A DNA stretch of 43,558 bases from Micromonosporaceae bacterium (GTDB lineage: Bacteria > Actinomycetota > Actinomycetes > Mycobacteriales > Micromonosporaceae), in NCBI GenBank assembly GCA_050701815.1, contig JBOGDL010000443.1, forward strand, positions 1-43,558, in the 5' to 3' direction. The notes under the pieces are model-generated. The model was not told the origin of the DNA and did not search any database. It saw only the letters and a program-made list of their open reading frames with translations. Both the position numbers and the translations under genes were made by a program. Position 1 is the first letter of the stretch. Each line of letters begins with the position of its first letter. Shown here piece by piece: positions 24,376 to 34,300 of the stretch.

Positions 24376-24888
24376 GTGGGTAAGCCGCTCAACCTGCCCT
24401 TCGACCCGATCGAACGGGCCGCCGAGCGCTGGGAGTCCGAGTTCGGCCCCAGCACGCCGATGAAGGTGGCCACCTCGATCATGCGCGTGCAGCAGCTGTT
24501 GCTCGCTCGGTACGACGAGCTGCTGCGGCCGTACCAGCTCACTTTCGCCCGGTACGAGGCGCTGGTGCTGCTGCGCTTCAGCCGCCAGGGCGAACTGCCG
24601 ATGCGGGTGCTGGGCGAGCGCCTGATGGTGCACCCCACCAGCGTCACCAACATCATCGCCCGGCTGACCCGGCAGGCGTACGTGCGGCGCCGCCGGAACC
24701 CGCGCGACGGCCGGGGCGTGTTGGCGGTGATCACACCGGAGGGTCGCTCGGCAGCGGACCGATCCACTAAGGATCTGATGGCGGCTGGGTTCGGGCTGCA
24801 GGCGATCGACTCGGAGCAGTGCGAGGAGATCTTCGCCGGGTTGCGCCACGTGCGGCTCGGGGCCGGCGACTTCACCTCACCCGGCTGA
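24376..24888 (+). CDS. MarR-family transcriptional regulator
   Basis: LTFARYEALVLLRFSRQGELPMRVLGERLMVHPTSVTNIIARLTRQAYVRRRRNPRDGRGVLAVITPEGR is a winged-HTH MarR pattern. Confidence 0.8.
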   Translation: MGKPLNLPFDPIERAAERWESEFGPSTPMKVATSIMRVQQLLLARYDELLRPYQLTFARYEALVLLRFSRQGELPMRVLGERLMVHPTSVTNIIARLTRQAYVRRRRNPRDGRGVLAVITPEGRSAADRSTKDLMAAGFGLQAIDSEQCEEIFAGLRHVRLGAGDFTSPG

Positions 24889-24889
24889 C

Positions 24890-24933
24890 CCGCCCGGGTT
24901 CGCTGCTCGGACCGCCCAGGTTCGCTGCTCAGA
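24890..24933. repeat. 22-bp tandem duplication immediately after the MarR stop (ccgccc[g/a]ggttcgctgctc[g/a]ga x2)
   Basis: Read directly. Confidence 0.9.
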
Positions 24934-25031
24934 CTAGGACCCAGGCCACACCACGCGACCCCGGTGAGGGACGCCCCGCGGTGATCTTCCAGCATGTGGG
25001 AGATATCCGCATTTGACTCCTGGAGGCAGGC

Positions 25032-25358
25032 GTGCTGCGCGACCCCATCACGTTGTTTCGGATCGCCGCGGTGGCGGAGGCGGTGTCCTGGCTGGGGCTG
25101 CTCACCGGCATGTTCTTCAAGTACGTGGCGGTGCATGACGAGCTGGGCGTGAAGATCTTCGGGCCGATCCACGGCGCGCTGTTTCTGGCGTACTGCCTGG
25201 CGGTGCTGGTGGTGCGCGGGGAGCAACGCTGGGGGATGCGCACCACCAGCTTCGCGTTGCTCGCGGGGGTGCCGCCGTTGGCCACGGTGTGGTTCGAGCG
25301 TTGGGCCACCCGGCGCGGTGAGTTGGACCGCAGGGAAGTCGTCGCCGACGCCGGCTGA
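25032..25358 (+). CDS. DUF3817-like small membrane protein
   Basis: LFRIAAVAEAVSWLGLLTGMFFKY...GPIHGALFLAYCLAVL...LLAGVPPLATVWFERW. GTG start. Confidence 0.7.
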   Translation: MLRDPITLFRIAAVAEAVSWLGLLTGMFFKYVAVHDELGVKIFGPIHGALFLAYCLAVLVVRGEQRWGMRTTSFALLAGVPPLATVWFERWATRRGELDRREVVADAG

Positions 25359-25365
25359 CCCGGGG

Positions 25366-26367
25366 CTACGTCTTGGCGGGTTCGGGCTCGGCCGCCGGGA
25401 TCTGCTCCGGCATCACGACGGCGGTTTCGCTGGTCGCGGTCTGCGCGACGAAGGCGCCGGCGAGCACCACGAACCCGCCCGCCACCTGCAGCGCAGAGAG
25501 CGCCTCGCCCAGGACAACCCAGGCGATGCCGGCGGCGACCACCACCTCCAGGCACGCCACCGCGGCGGCGACCTGAGCTGACAACCGCCGCACCGCCCAC
25601 ACCCCGGTGAGGTACGCCAGCACCGTGGTCACCAACGCGAGCAGCGCCACCAACAGCGCCGCCGGCGCGGAGCCTGACCCGAACGGCGCCGCGTCCGACC
25701 CGAACTGCGCGGAGCCGGCGAGCAGCGCCCAGTCCATCTGCCAGGGTCGGCTCACCACGGTCAGACCCACGGTCGCGGCGAGCAGACCGTAGGAGATCAT
25801 CGCCCGGGGATCGACCGGCTCCGCGTCGGCTGAGCCGGAATCGGCGAGCACGAAATAGAAGGCCTGACAGCACGCGGCGCCAAATCCGAGCAGCAGCCCC
25901 ACCGGGTCGAAACGCATCCCGGACCACACTTCGACCACCATGGCCAGGCCGGTGACGGCGAGCACCACGCCCACCGCGGCCCGAGCCGACACTGGCCGGC
26001 GCGCTCCGAACTTGATCCACAGCAGCACGATCACAGGCCCGGTGAACTCCACCAGGATCGCGACCCCGATCGGGATCCTGGACAGCGCCGCGAAATAGAA
26101 CGCCTGGCAGCCGGCGATCGCGATCAACCCGTACCCGATCACGAGACCGGGGTGGCGTCGGGCCTGAGGCCAGTAGCGGACCAGCAACGGCAGCAGCGCC
26201 AACGCGGCGCCGGCGACCCGCAGCCAGGTGACCTGCAGCGGTGTCACACCCGCTTCGATCAGGGGTTTCGCGAGCGCTCCCGACCCCCCGAACGCGGTCG
26301 CGGACACCAGCGCCAGCGTTAGCCCGAGGCCACGGCTGCGAGGAGGAGTTTGGTAAGGACTGGACAC
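25366..26367 (-). CDS. EamA/DMT-family transporter
   Basis: Ten hydrophobic segments. ATAFGGSGALAKPLI...LQVTWLRVAGAAL and a duplicated EamA-like half. Confidence 0.8.
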   Translation of the reverse strand: MSSPYQTPPRSRGLGLTLALVSATAFGGSGALAKPLIEAGVTPLQVTWLRVAGAALALLPLLVRYWPQARRHPGLVIGYGLIAIAGCQAFYFAALSRIPIGVAILVEFTGPVIVLLWIKFGARRPVSARAAVGVVLAVTGLAMVVEVWSGMRFDPVGLLLGFGAACCQAFYFVLADSGSADAEPVDPRAMISYGLLAATVGLTVVSRPWQMDWALLAGSAQFGSDAAPFGSGSAPAALLVALLALVTTVLAYLTGVWAVRRLSAQVAAAVACLEVVVAAGIAWVVLGEALSALQVAGGFVVLAGAFVAQTATSETAVVMPEQIPAAEPEPAKT

Positions 26368-26456
26368 GATTTGACATGTTACGTGGCTCGCTGCCTGCCG
26401 TCACGGGCGATGACGTGAGATCCACGCGTCATCTGGCCCAGGTCGGCGGACGGCAA

Positions 26457-26476
26457 ATAGTAGGACGTCCTAGTAT
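26457..26476. promoter_or_regulatory. 20-bp palindrome ATAGTAGGAC/GTCCTAGTAT (one mismatched pair) in the EamA-icmA divergent intergenic region
   Basis: Read directly. A second inverted repeat gatgacg-N11-cgtcatc lies at 26409-26433, and a consensus TTGACA at 26371-26376. Confidence 0.45.
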
Positions 26477-26538
26477 TTAGGCAGGAGACATGCCGCCGGC
26501 CACAAGCCGCGGGCGAGTCAGACCGGAGGGCCACCGCC

Positions 26539-28245
26539 ATGGACGCTGATCAGATCGCTGCCGGGCAAGCACGTTGGCAGCGGCGCCACGCCGCCGCGCG
26601 AGAACGCGGCCAGATCCGGTCCGCTGACTTCACCACCTTGTCAGGGGTGGAAGTGGACCCGGTGTACGGCCCGCCGCCCGGTCTCGACGACCCGCGCTTC
26701 GAGCGGATCGGCTGGCCCGGGGAGTACCCGTACACCCGGGGGCTTTATTCGACCGGCTACCGGGGGCGGACCTGGACCATCCGGCAGTTCGCCGGGTTCG
26801 GCAACGCGCAGCAGACCAACCAGCGCTACAAGATGATCCTCGCCGCCGGGGGTGGTGGCCTGTCCGTCGCGTTCGACATGCCGACCCTGATGGGGCGCGA
26901 CTCCGACGACCCGAAGAGCGTCGGCGAGGTCGGCCACTGCGGGGTGGCGATCGACACCGCCGCCGACATGGACGTGCTGTTCTCCGACATCCCGATCGGT
27001 GACATCACCACGTCCATGACGATCTCGGGGCCCGCGACGCCGATCTTCTGCATGTACCTGGTCGCCGCCGAACGGCAAGGCGCCGACCTGTCCAAGCTGG
27101 ACGGCACGCTGCAGACCGACATCTTCAAGGAGTACATCGCGCAGAAGGAGTGGCTCTTCGAGCCCGAGCCGCACCTGCGGCTGATCGGCGACCTGATGGA
27201 GTACTGCGCCGCCGAGATCCCGCGCTACAAGCCGCTGTCGGTGTCCGGCTACCACATCCGGGAGGCCGGCTCCACCGCCGCGCAGGAGCTGGCGTTCACC
27301 CTCGCCGACGGTTTCGGGTACGTGGAGCTGGGGCTGGCACGCGGCTTGGATGTGAACCAGTTCGCCCCGGGGCTGAGCTTCTTCTTCGACTCCCACCTGG
27401 ACTTCTTCGAGGAGATCGCGAAGTTCCGGGCGGCCCGCCGGATCTGGGCCCGCTGGATGCGGGACACGTACGGGGCGACCAGCGAAAAAGCGCAGTGGCT
27501 GCGGTTCCACACCCAGACCGCCGGGGTGTCGTTGACCGCGCAGCAGCCGTACAACAACGTGGTGCGCACCGCCGTGGAGGCGCTGGCAGCGGTGCTGGGC
27601 GGCACCAACTCGCTGCACACCAACGCGCTGGACGAGACGCTCGCGCTGCCCAGCGACGAGGCCGCCGAGATCGCGCTGCGTACCCAGCAGGTGCTGATGG
27701 AGGAGACCGGGGTGACCAACGTCGCCGACCCGCTCGGCGGCGCCTGGTACGTGGAGGCCCTCACCGACAAGATCGAAGCCGAAGCGGAGGAGATCTTCAC
27801 CCGGATCAAGGAGATGGGCGGCGGCGACGCCGTGAATCACAAGATCGGGCCGATCACGTCCGGGATCCTGCGCGGGATCGAAGACGGTTGGTTCACCGCC
27901 GAGATCGCCGACGCCGCGTTCGCGTACCAGCAGGCGTTGGAAAAGGGCGACAAGAAGATCGTCGGGGTCAACGTCCACACCAAGACGGTGGAGAAGCCGC
28001 TGGAGATCCTGCGGGTGTCGCACGAGGTGGAGATCGAGCAGAAGCGGGTGTTGGGTGAACGGCGTACGGCTCGCGACGCGGCCACGGTCGAATCCTCGCT
28101 GCGGCGGCTGGTGGAGACCTCGCGAACCTCGCAGAACATGATCCCGGCGATGCTGGACGCCTGCCGGGCCGAGGCCACGCTGGGAGAGATCTGCGACGCG
28201 CTACGGGCTGAATGGGGCGAGTACTCCGAACCTGCCCGGTTCTAG
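26539..28245 (+). CDS. icmA: Isobutyryl-CoA mutase large (catalytic) subunit, with no B12-binding domain
   Basis: TIRQFAGFG and [11 protein letters not shown] carry the Phe and Gln that replace the Tyr/Arg of methylmalonyl-CoA mutase. The length (568 aa) and the absence of a DxHxxG B12 domain fit IcmA. Confidence 0.8.
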   Translation: MDADQIAAGQARWQRRHAAARERGQIRSADFTTLSGVEVDPVYGPPPGLDDPRFERIGWPGEYPYTRGLYSTGYRGRTWTIRQFAGFGNAQQTNQRYKMILAAGGGGLSVAFDMPTLMGRDSDDPKSVGEVGHCGVAIDTAADMDVLFSDIPIGDITTSMTISGPATPIFCMYLVAAERQGADLSKLDGTLQTDIFKEYIAQKEWLFEPEPHLRLIGDLMEYCAAEIPRYKPLSVSGYHIREAGSTAAQELAFTLADGFGYVELGLARGLDVNQFAPGLSFFFDSHLDFFEEIAKFRAARRIWARWMRDTYGATSEKAQWLRFHTQTAGVSLTAQQPYNNVVRTAVEALAAVLGGTNSLHTNALDETLALPSDEAAEIALRTQQVLMEETGVTNVADPLGGAWYVEALTDKIEAEAEEIFTRIKEMGGGDAVNHKIGPITSGILRGIEDGWFTAEIADAAFAYQQALEKGDKKIVGVNVHTKTVEKPLEILRVSHEVEIEQKRVLGERRTARDAATVESSLRRLVETSRTSQNMIPAMLDACRAEATLGEICDALRAEWGEYSEPARF

Positions 28246-28303
28246 GACACACCCCGATGGCGCTGCCCGCCGCTGGCGTCGGCACCCCCGAAACGCTCCC
28301 GCT

Positions 28304-28918
28304 CTAGTCCAGGTACAGCTCCGCGCGTCCGCACGCCTCTCTGGCGCTCTTGGTCGTCGCCTCGCCGGTGCGGTCCAGTGTGTCGAACATCTCCGACGCT
28401 TCGTCGACGCATCGGGCCAGCACTCGCTTGACCTTCTCCGCGTCCTTCAGGTCGGCCTTGTTCGCCTTCAGCGCTTCCCGTGAGTCCTTCAGCGTCACTC
28501 GTAGGTCTTTGATGTCGCTGTGAGCCGCGTCCAGTTCTGCCCGCTTGGCGAAGTACAAGCCGGTCATGGTGGCGGACAGGATGAAAAAGAGCGCTGTGGT
28601 GATCGCGAGCACCAACGTCCACCGGCGTCGAGGCGCGGGCGCCGGCGTCGAGTCGCGCAGCGGGATCGACACCATCTCGCCCGGCTGCTGCGGGAACGAC
28701 GCCTGCTGTGGGAACAGCTGCTCGTGCGGGAACGGCGGACCTTGCGGGAACGGCTGTTGTTGCTGCAGCTGCGGGAACGTCTGCTCCTGCTGCGGGAACG
28801 CCTGTTGCTGCGGCGAGAAGGGCGGCTCGGGCTGCTCCGGGGTCGGCGGTGACCCCGCGGCGGGGTAAGAGTGAGTGGCGGCGGGGTCGGGGAAGGGTTC
28901 ATGCGGAGGAACAGTCAT
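28304..28918 (-). CDS. Hypothetical single-pass membrane protein with a Pro/Gln-rich (FPQ-repeat) N-terminus and a C-terminal coiled-coil-like ectodomain
   Basis: FPQQEQTFPQLQQQQPFPQGPPFPHEQLFPQQASFPQQ, then the TM segment WTLVLAITTALFFILSATMTGLYF. GGAG lies 7 nt upstream of the ATG at 28918. Confidence 0.55.
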   Translation of the reverse strand: MTVPPHEPFPDPAATHSYPAAGSPPTPEQPEPPFSPQQQAFPQQEQTFPQLQQQQPFPQGPPFPHEQLFPQQASFPQQPGEMVSIPLRDSTPAPAPRRRWTLVLAITTALFFILSATMTGLYFAKRAELDAAHSDIKDLRVTLKDSREALKANKADLKDAEKVKRVLARCVDEASEMFDTLDRTGEATTKSAREACGRAELYLD

Positions 28919-29256
28919 CGTGATCTCCGGCGGTAGGACGTGCGGCTGTCAGCCGTGCCGTCATCACACCGGGTCCCCGTCGGGACTGGTCCCGGCTGAG
29001 GGGCTTGACACGTCCGTACGACCGTGGTCCAGGCCCGTATGCCACGGTTCGTACGGATATAGACGGAGCGGGAGAGTCCGCGGCGACCACGTGTCGTGAG
29101 GTCGGTCGTGCCTGTTGTGAGGCGCCGCGAGTTGGCCCGGGGTGCCTGACAGCGCCGTGCGGGCATCAAGTGCGAGACTGTTCCTATGAGCAAGCGACTC
29201 GACACGCACAGCCTTTCAGAGCCCTGGATGGTCAGTCTGAAGAGTGGGGCGCTCGC

Positions 29257-30213
29257 ATGAGAGCCGATGATCCCCGGATGGCGGCGGCGTCCTTCGCGCG
29301 CGGCGCCGTGGACCTCTCAGCGCTGAACGCCCGCACCACGGCGCCCAGCAACCCTCAGCCCGCGGCCGGCAACCGGGCGTCGGATGCCAACGGCGGCGTC
29401 ACGATCATCGACGTGACCGAGGCCACGTTCCAAAGCGAGGTTTTGGAGCGGTCCCTGACCACGCCGGTGGTGGTCGACTTCTGGGCGGAATGGTGTGGGC
29501 CGTGCAAGCAGCTCTCGCCGGTGCTGGAGAAGCTCGCGGTGGAGGGCGGCGGCAGCTGGGTGCTCGCCAAGGTCGACACCGAGGCGAACCCGCGGATCGC
29601 CGCGGCCTTCCAGATCCAGAGCATCCCCACCGTGTACGCGGTGATCGGCGGCCAGCCGGTGGACGCCTTCATGGGGGTGATCCCGGAGAGTCAGCTACGG
29701 CAGTGGATCGACGCTTTGCTCAAGGCCGCTGAGCAATCGGGGTTGAGCGGCGACACGCCCGACCAGGGCAATGCCGGAGAGGACGGGCAGCAGGCCCCGG
29801 CCTCGGAGCCACCGGATCCTGCCGAAGAGGCACTGGCCAGCGGTGATTTCCAGCGGGCGGAAGAGATCTACCAGAAGGCGTTGTCCGACAACCCCGCGGA
29901 CGCGATGGCGGCGGCTGGTCTCGCTCAAGCCAGGTTGCTGCGCCGCACCGAGCAGCTCGACCCCGACAAGGTGTTCGCGGCCGCCGCGGAGAACCCCGAC
30001 GATCTGGAGGCGCAGACGCAGGCCGCTGACATCGAGGTGCTCACCGGCAACGCCGCGACCGGGTACGCCAGGCTGGTGGATCTGGTGCGCCGCACCGCCG
30101 GTGATGACCGGGGGAGGGCCCGGGATCATCTGGTCTCGCTGTTCGCGATCGCCGAGCCGGACGACCCAGCGGTGGCTGCGGCGCGACGCGACCTCGCGAA
30201 CGCGCTGTTCTAA
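29257..30213 (+). CDS. Thioredoxin-domain plus TPR protein (YbbN/CnoX-like co-chaperone)
   Basis: VVVDFWAEWCGPCKQLSPVLEKLA...IQSIPTVYAV is followed by a TPR-like helical region. I prefer the ATG at 29257 over the track start at 29005. Confidence 0.75.
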   Translation: MRADDPRMAAASFARGAVDLSALNARTTAPSNPQPAAGNRASDANGGVTIIDVTEATFQSEVLERSLTTPVVVDFWAEWCGPCKQLSPVLEKLAVEGGGSWVLAKVDTEANPRIAAAFQIQSIPTVYAVIGGQPVDAFMGVIPESQLRQWIDALLKAAEQSGLSGDTPDQGNAGEDGQQAPASEPPDPAEEALASGDFQRAEEIYQKALSDNPADAMAAAGLAQARLLRRTEQLDPDKVFAAAAENPDDLEAQTQAADIEVLTGNAATGYARLVDLVRRTAGDDRGRARDHLVSLFAIAEPDDPAVAAARRDLANALF

Positions 30214-30234
30214 CGGCGTAAGGCGACTCGCCCG

Positions 30235-31206
30235 ATGCGTCGAATCGCTGTCCTGGACGCCCCCTCCAATCTCGGCCTGCGACCACCTGGCCCGGGTGTC
30301 TCTCCCGGGTGCGCCAAGGCCCCTGGCGCTTTGCGCGACCACGCTCTGGTGGCGCGCCTGGGCGCGTTCGACGCTGGTTGTGTGGTCGCTCCCCGCTACG
30401 ACCCGGATGGTTGGCGGCCGGGCGACGGGGTGTGCCAGGCGGAGTCGATCGCGGAGTACACCGAGCGGCTGGCTGGCCGGATCGGCATGCTGATCGATCG
30501 GGGCGATTTCCCCTTGGTGCTCGGCGGCGACTGCTCGGTCCTGCTCGGCGGCGCGTTGGCGATGCGGCGGCGACGGGCGCGGGACGGCGGACGCCACGGG
30601 TTGGTCTTCGTCGACGGGCACTCTGACTTCCGCCATGCTGGCAACGCCGACTACATCGGCGCCGCCGCTGGGGAAGACCTGGCGCTGGTGACCGGCCGTG
30701 GCCAGTCAGACCTGACTGACATCGGCGGGTTGCGGCCGTACCTGCGCGAGGAAGATGTGGCCGTGCTCGGGATCCGGGACTCTGACGAGTACCGGATGGA
30801 CCTGAGGGCGGCGGGTGTGGTGCACCGCACCGAGCCGCAGATCCGCACCGACGGGCCGAAGCGCAGCGCGGCGTGGGCGCTCGAGGAACTCGGCGAGGTG
30901 TACGGGTTCTGGGTACATGTCGACGTGGACGTGCTGGATCCGGCGGCGATGCCGGCAGTGGACGCTCCGGATCCGGGCGGGATCGCCTTCGTTGAACTGG
31001 AGCAGATCATCGCCGAACTGACAGCCAGCCCGAGGTGCCTGGGGCTTGAGGTGACCGTCTTCGACCCGGACTACGACCCGGATGGACGGTACGCCGCGCA
31101 GATCGTGGACACGCTGGTCAGCGGACTGCGGCCGGTGTGGCGGCATAGCCAGCAGCCATTGGGCGAGGCCGGGGTTGATTCGCCCGAACAGCCGATAGCC
31201 GAGTAG
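30235..31206 (+). CDS. Arginase/agmatinase/formiminoglutamase-family hydrolase
   Basis: The metal-ligand motifs of the ureohydrolase fold are present: LVLGGDCSV, FVDGHSDF and HVDVDVLDP. Confidence 0.75.
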   Translation: MRRIAVLDAPSNLGLRPPGPGVSPGCAKAPGALRDHALVARLGAFDAGCVVAPRYDPDGWRPGDGVCQAESIAEYTERLAGRIGMLIDRGDFPLVLGGDCSVLLGGALAMRRRRARDGGRHGLVFVDGHSDFRHAGNADYIGAAAGEDLALVTGRGQSDLTDIGGLRPYLREEDVAVLGIRDSDEYRMDLRAAGVVHRTEPQIRTDGPKRSAAWALEELGEVYGFWVHVDVDVLDPAAMPAVDAPDPGGIAFVELEQIIAELTASPRCLGLEVTVFDPDYDPDGRYAAQIVDTLVSGLRPVWRHSQQPLGEAGVDSPEQPIAE

Positions 31207-31307
31207 TCGGAACAACAGCCGAGCAAAATAGCAGGAATGTCGTCCTTGGCCTGCCACCGGAGTGGAGGCCGAGGAGCCTTAGGCTTGCCAAAGAGGCCCA
31301 CGATGGC

Positions 31308-34300
31308 GTGGGCGAGGGGAGTGACCACCCGATGACGCGGCGTCGGGCCAGCACACGGCCGACAGAGACCCCGGACAGCACCCGTCAGGCGGACGCGCCA
31401 GCGGGTTCGACCCGTCGGGGCGGTGGCTCCCCACAACCGGGCAGGCAGGCGGCGGACTCCCCCGGGGAGGACTCCACGAGCGCTCGTCCAGATGCGATGT
31501 CGGACGAGGGCGCCGACGGCGAGGAGTTGCTGTCAGATGTGCCCAACCGAGAGCGCCTGATCGCTGAGGCCGTCGAGCTGGCCGCGGGCCGGGACGGGCT
31601 GCCCGAACTGGTGGATCGCTACTGGCGGCTGGTGCCGGACGAGGAGCTTTTCGGGCACACCGCCGGTGACCTGGTCGACGCCGCGGCCGCCCACCGGGAG
31701 CTCGCCGAGCAGCGGCTCCCCGGGGAAGTCAAGCTCGAGGTGAGCACTCCCCAGGAGCGGCCGGGCACGCCTCGCAACACGATCGTGAAAATTGTGGTCG
31801 ATGACATGCCATTCCTGGTCGACTCCGTGACCGCGGCGGTGGTGGAACACGGCCTTGAGGTGCACCTGCTGGTGCACCCCCAGGTGGTGGTGCGCAGGGA
31901 GTTCCTCGGCAAGCTCGAAGCGCTGCACCCGGATCTGGAGCCCCACGAGGCCGGATCCGACGACCAGGTGGAGAGTTGGATGCACCTGGAGGTCGATCGG
32001 CAACGTGACCCGGCAGCCCAGCAGGAGCTGCGGGACGTGATCGGCAGCGTGCTCACCGACGTCCGGGAGGTCGTCGAGGACTGGCAGAAGATGCGGCACC
32101 GGGCGTTGGAGTTGGCGGACTCGCTCACCGGTCCGCAGGCCAGCAAGCTCCCGGTGCCCGGCAAGGACATCACCGACACGGTGGAGCTGCTGCGGTGGCT
32201 CGCCGAGGACAACTTCACGTTCCTGGGTTACCGGGAGTACCGGCTGGTGACCGACGAGCGGGGCGAGCAGGTGCTGGAGGCGGTGATCGGCACCGGCCTG
32301 GGGGTGCTGCGCTCCGACCAGCAGTCGCCCAGGGTGCTCTCGTCGATGACGCCGGAGGCGTACGACAAGGCGTTGGAGAAGCGGCTGCTGATCATCACCA
32401 AGGCGAACTCGCGCGCCACCGTCTACCGGCCGTCATACCTGGACTACGTGGGCGTCAAGCTCTTCGACGACCAGGGTGAGGTGGTCGGGGAGAAGCGTTT
32501 CATCGGGCTGCTCGCCTCCGCCGCGTACCTGCATTCGGTGCGGGACCTGCCGGTGGTGCGCCGCAAGGTAGCCGAGGTGGTGGAGCGTTCCGGGTTGGCG
32601 CCGCGCAGCCACTCGGGCCGGGATCTGATGGAGATCCTGGAGACGTACCCCCGGGATGAGCTTTTCCAGACCACGGTCAACGAGCTGTGGGCCAACGTGA
32701 TGGGGGTGCTGCGGCTGGCCGGCAGGCGGCAGCTGCGGCTGTTCCTGCGCAAGGACGCGTACGGCCGCTTCATGTCCTGCCTGGTGTACCTGCCGCGGGA
32801 CCGGTTCACCACCCGGAACCGGCTCAAGATCCAGGACATTCTGCTGCGCGAGCTCAACGGCATCGGGGTGGACTACACCACCCGGGTGAGCGAGAGCACG
32901 CTGGCCCGGATCCACTTCATCGTCCGCACCGACCCCGCAGACCCGCCCCGCGGGTACGACGTCGAGGCGATTCAACGCCAGTTGGTGGAGGCCACCCGGC
33001 ACTGGGACGACGACTTCGACCTGGCGCTGGAGCGCAAGCTCGGCGAGGAGCAGGCCAAACAGCTCTATCAGCGGTACGTGGACGCGCTGCCGCAGACGTA
33101 CAAGGACGAGCACACCCCGTACGAGGCGATCAGAGACCTCGCCAAGCTGGAGTTGCTGGACGATCCCGGCCAGCTCGCGATGCACCTCTACCGCAAGGGC
33201 AACGACCCGGACCAGGTCCGGTTCAAGGTGTTCCGCCGGCAGCAGCCGATGATGCTCTCGGCGGTGCTGCCGGTGCTGCACTCGCTGGGGGTGAAGGTCG
33301 CCGACGAGCGCCCGTACGAGATCCGCCGCGGCGACGGCGCGATCTACCTGTACGACTTCGGGCTGGTTCCTCCGGAGAACTGCCTGGACATGGCCGAGGT
33401 CCAGTCGAAGGTGGAGAACGCGTTCTCGGCCGCATGGCGGGGCGAGTCCGAGGTGGACAACTTCAACGAGCTGGTGCTGCGCGCCGGGCTGACCTGGCGC
33501 CAGGTGGTGATCCTGCGGGCGTACGCGAAGTACCTGCGACAGGCGGGCACCCCGTACAGCCAGGACTACATGCAGAAGACCTTCAGCGAGTATCCGGGCA
33601 TCGCGGTGCTGTTGGTGGCGCTGTTCGAGACCCGGTTCAACCCGGCGCTCGCGGTGGACGACGAGATGCGCTCGGCCTGCACCGACGATCTGGTGGACGC
33701 GATCCGGGTCGAGCTGGACCGGGTCGGCAGCCTGGACCAGGACCGGATCCTGCGCAGCTTCCTGAACCTGGTGCTGGCGACGCTGCGCACCAGCTTCTTC
33801 CAGCGGGACACCCGCGGCGAGCACGCCGGGCGGCCGAAGCCGTACGTCGGGTTCAAGCTGGAGCCGCAGCGGATCCCGGAACTGCCGCTGCCCCGTCCCC
33901 GGTTCGAGATCTTCGTGTACTCGCCCCGGTTCGAGGGGGTTCACCTGCGGTTCGGCGCCGTGGCACGGGGCGGGCTGCGCTGGTCGGACCGTCGGGAGGA
34001 CTTCCGCACCGAGGTGCTGGGCCTGGTCAAGGCGCAGATGGTCAAGAACGCGGTGATCGTGCCGATGGGCGCCAAGGGCGGCTTCGTGCTCAAGGACGCC
34101 CCGAACCCAGCAGCCGACCGCGACGCCTACTTCGCCGAAGGCAAGGCGTGTTACCAGATGTTCATCTCGGCACTGCTGGACGTCACCGACAATCTCGACC
34201 CGACCTCGGGCAAGGCGATCCCGCCACCGCAGGTGGTGCGTCACGACGAGGATGACACGTACCTGGTGGTCGCCGCCGACAAGGGCACCGCCACCTTCAG

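Noticed and set aside
24929-26425. A 498-aa minus-strand ORF overlapping the EamA transporter gene in another frame
   Set aside because: It is an Arg/Gly/Ala/Pro-rich translation with no hydrophobic segments. The 25366-26367 frame gives a coherent 10-TM EamA protein.
26641-28023. A 460-aa antisense ORF inside icmA, and 27150-28058 in an alternate + frame
   Set aside because: The composition is an artefact of high GC. icmA is supported by strong family motifs.
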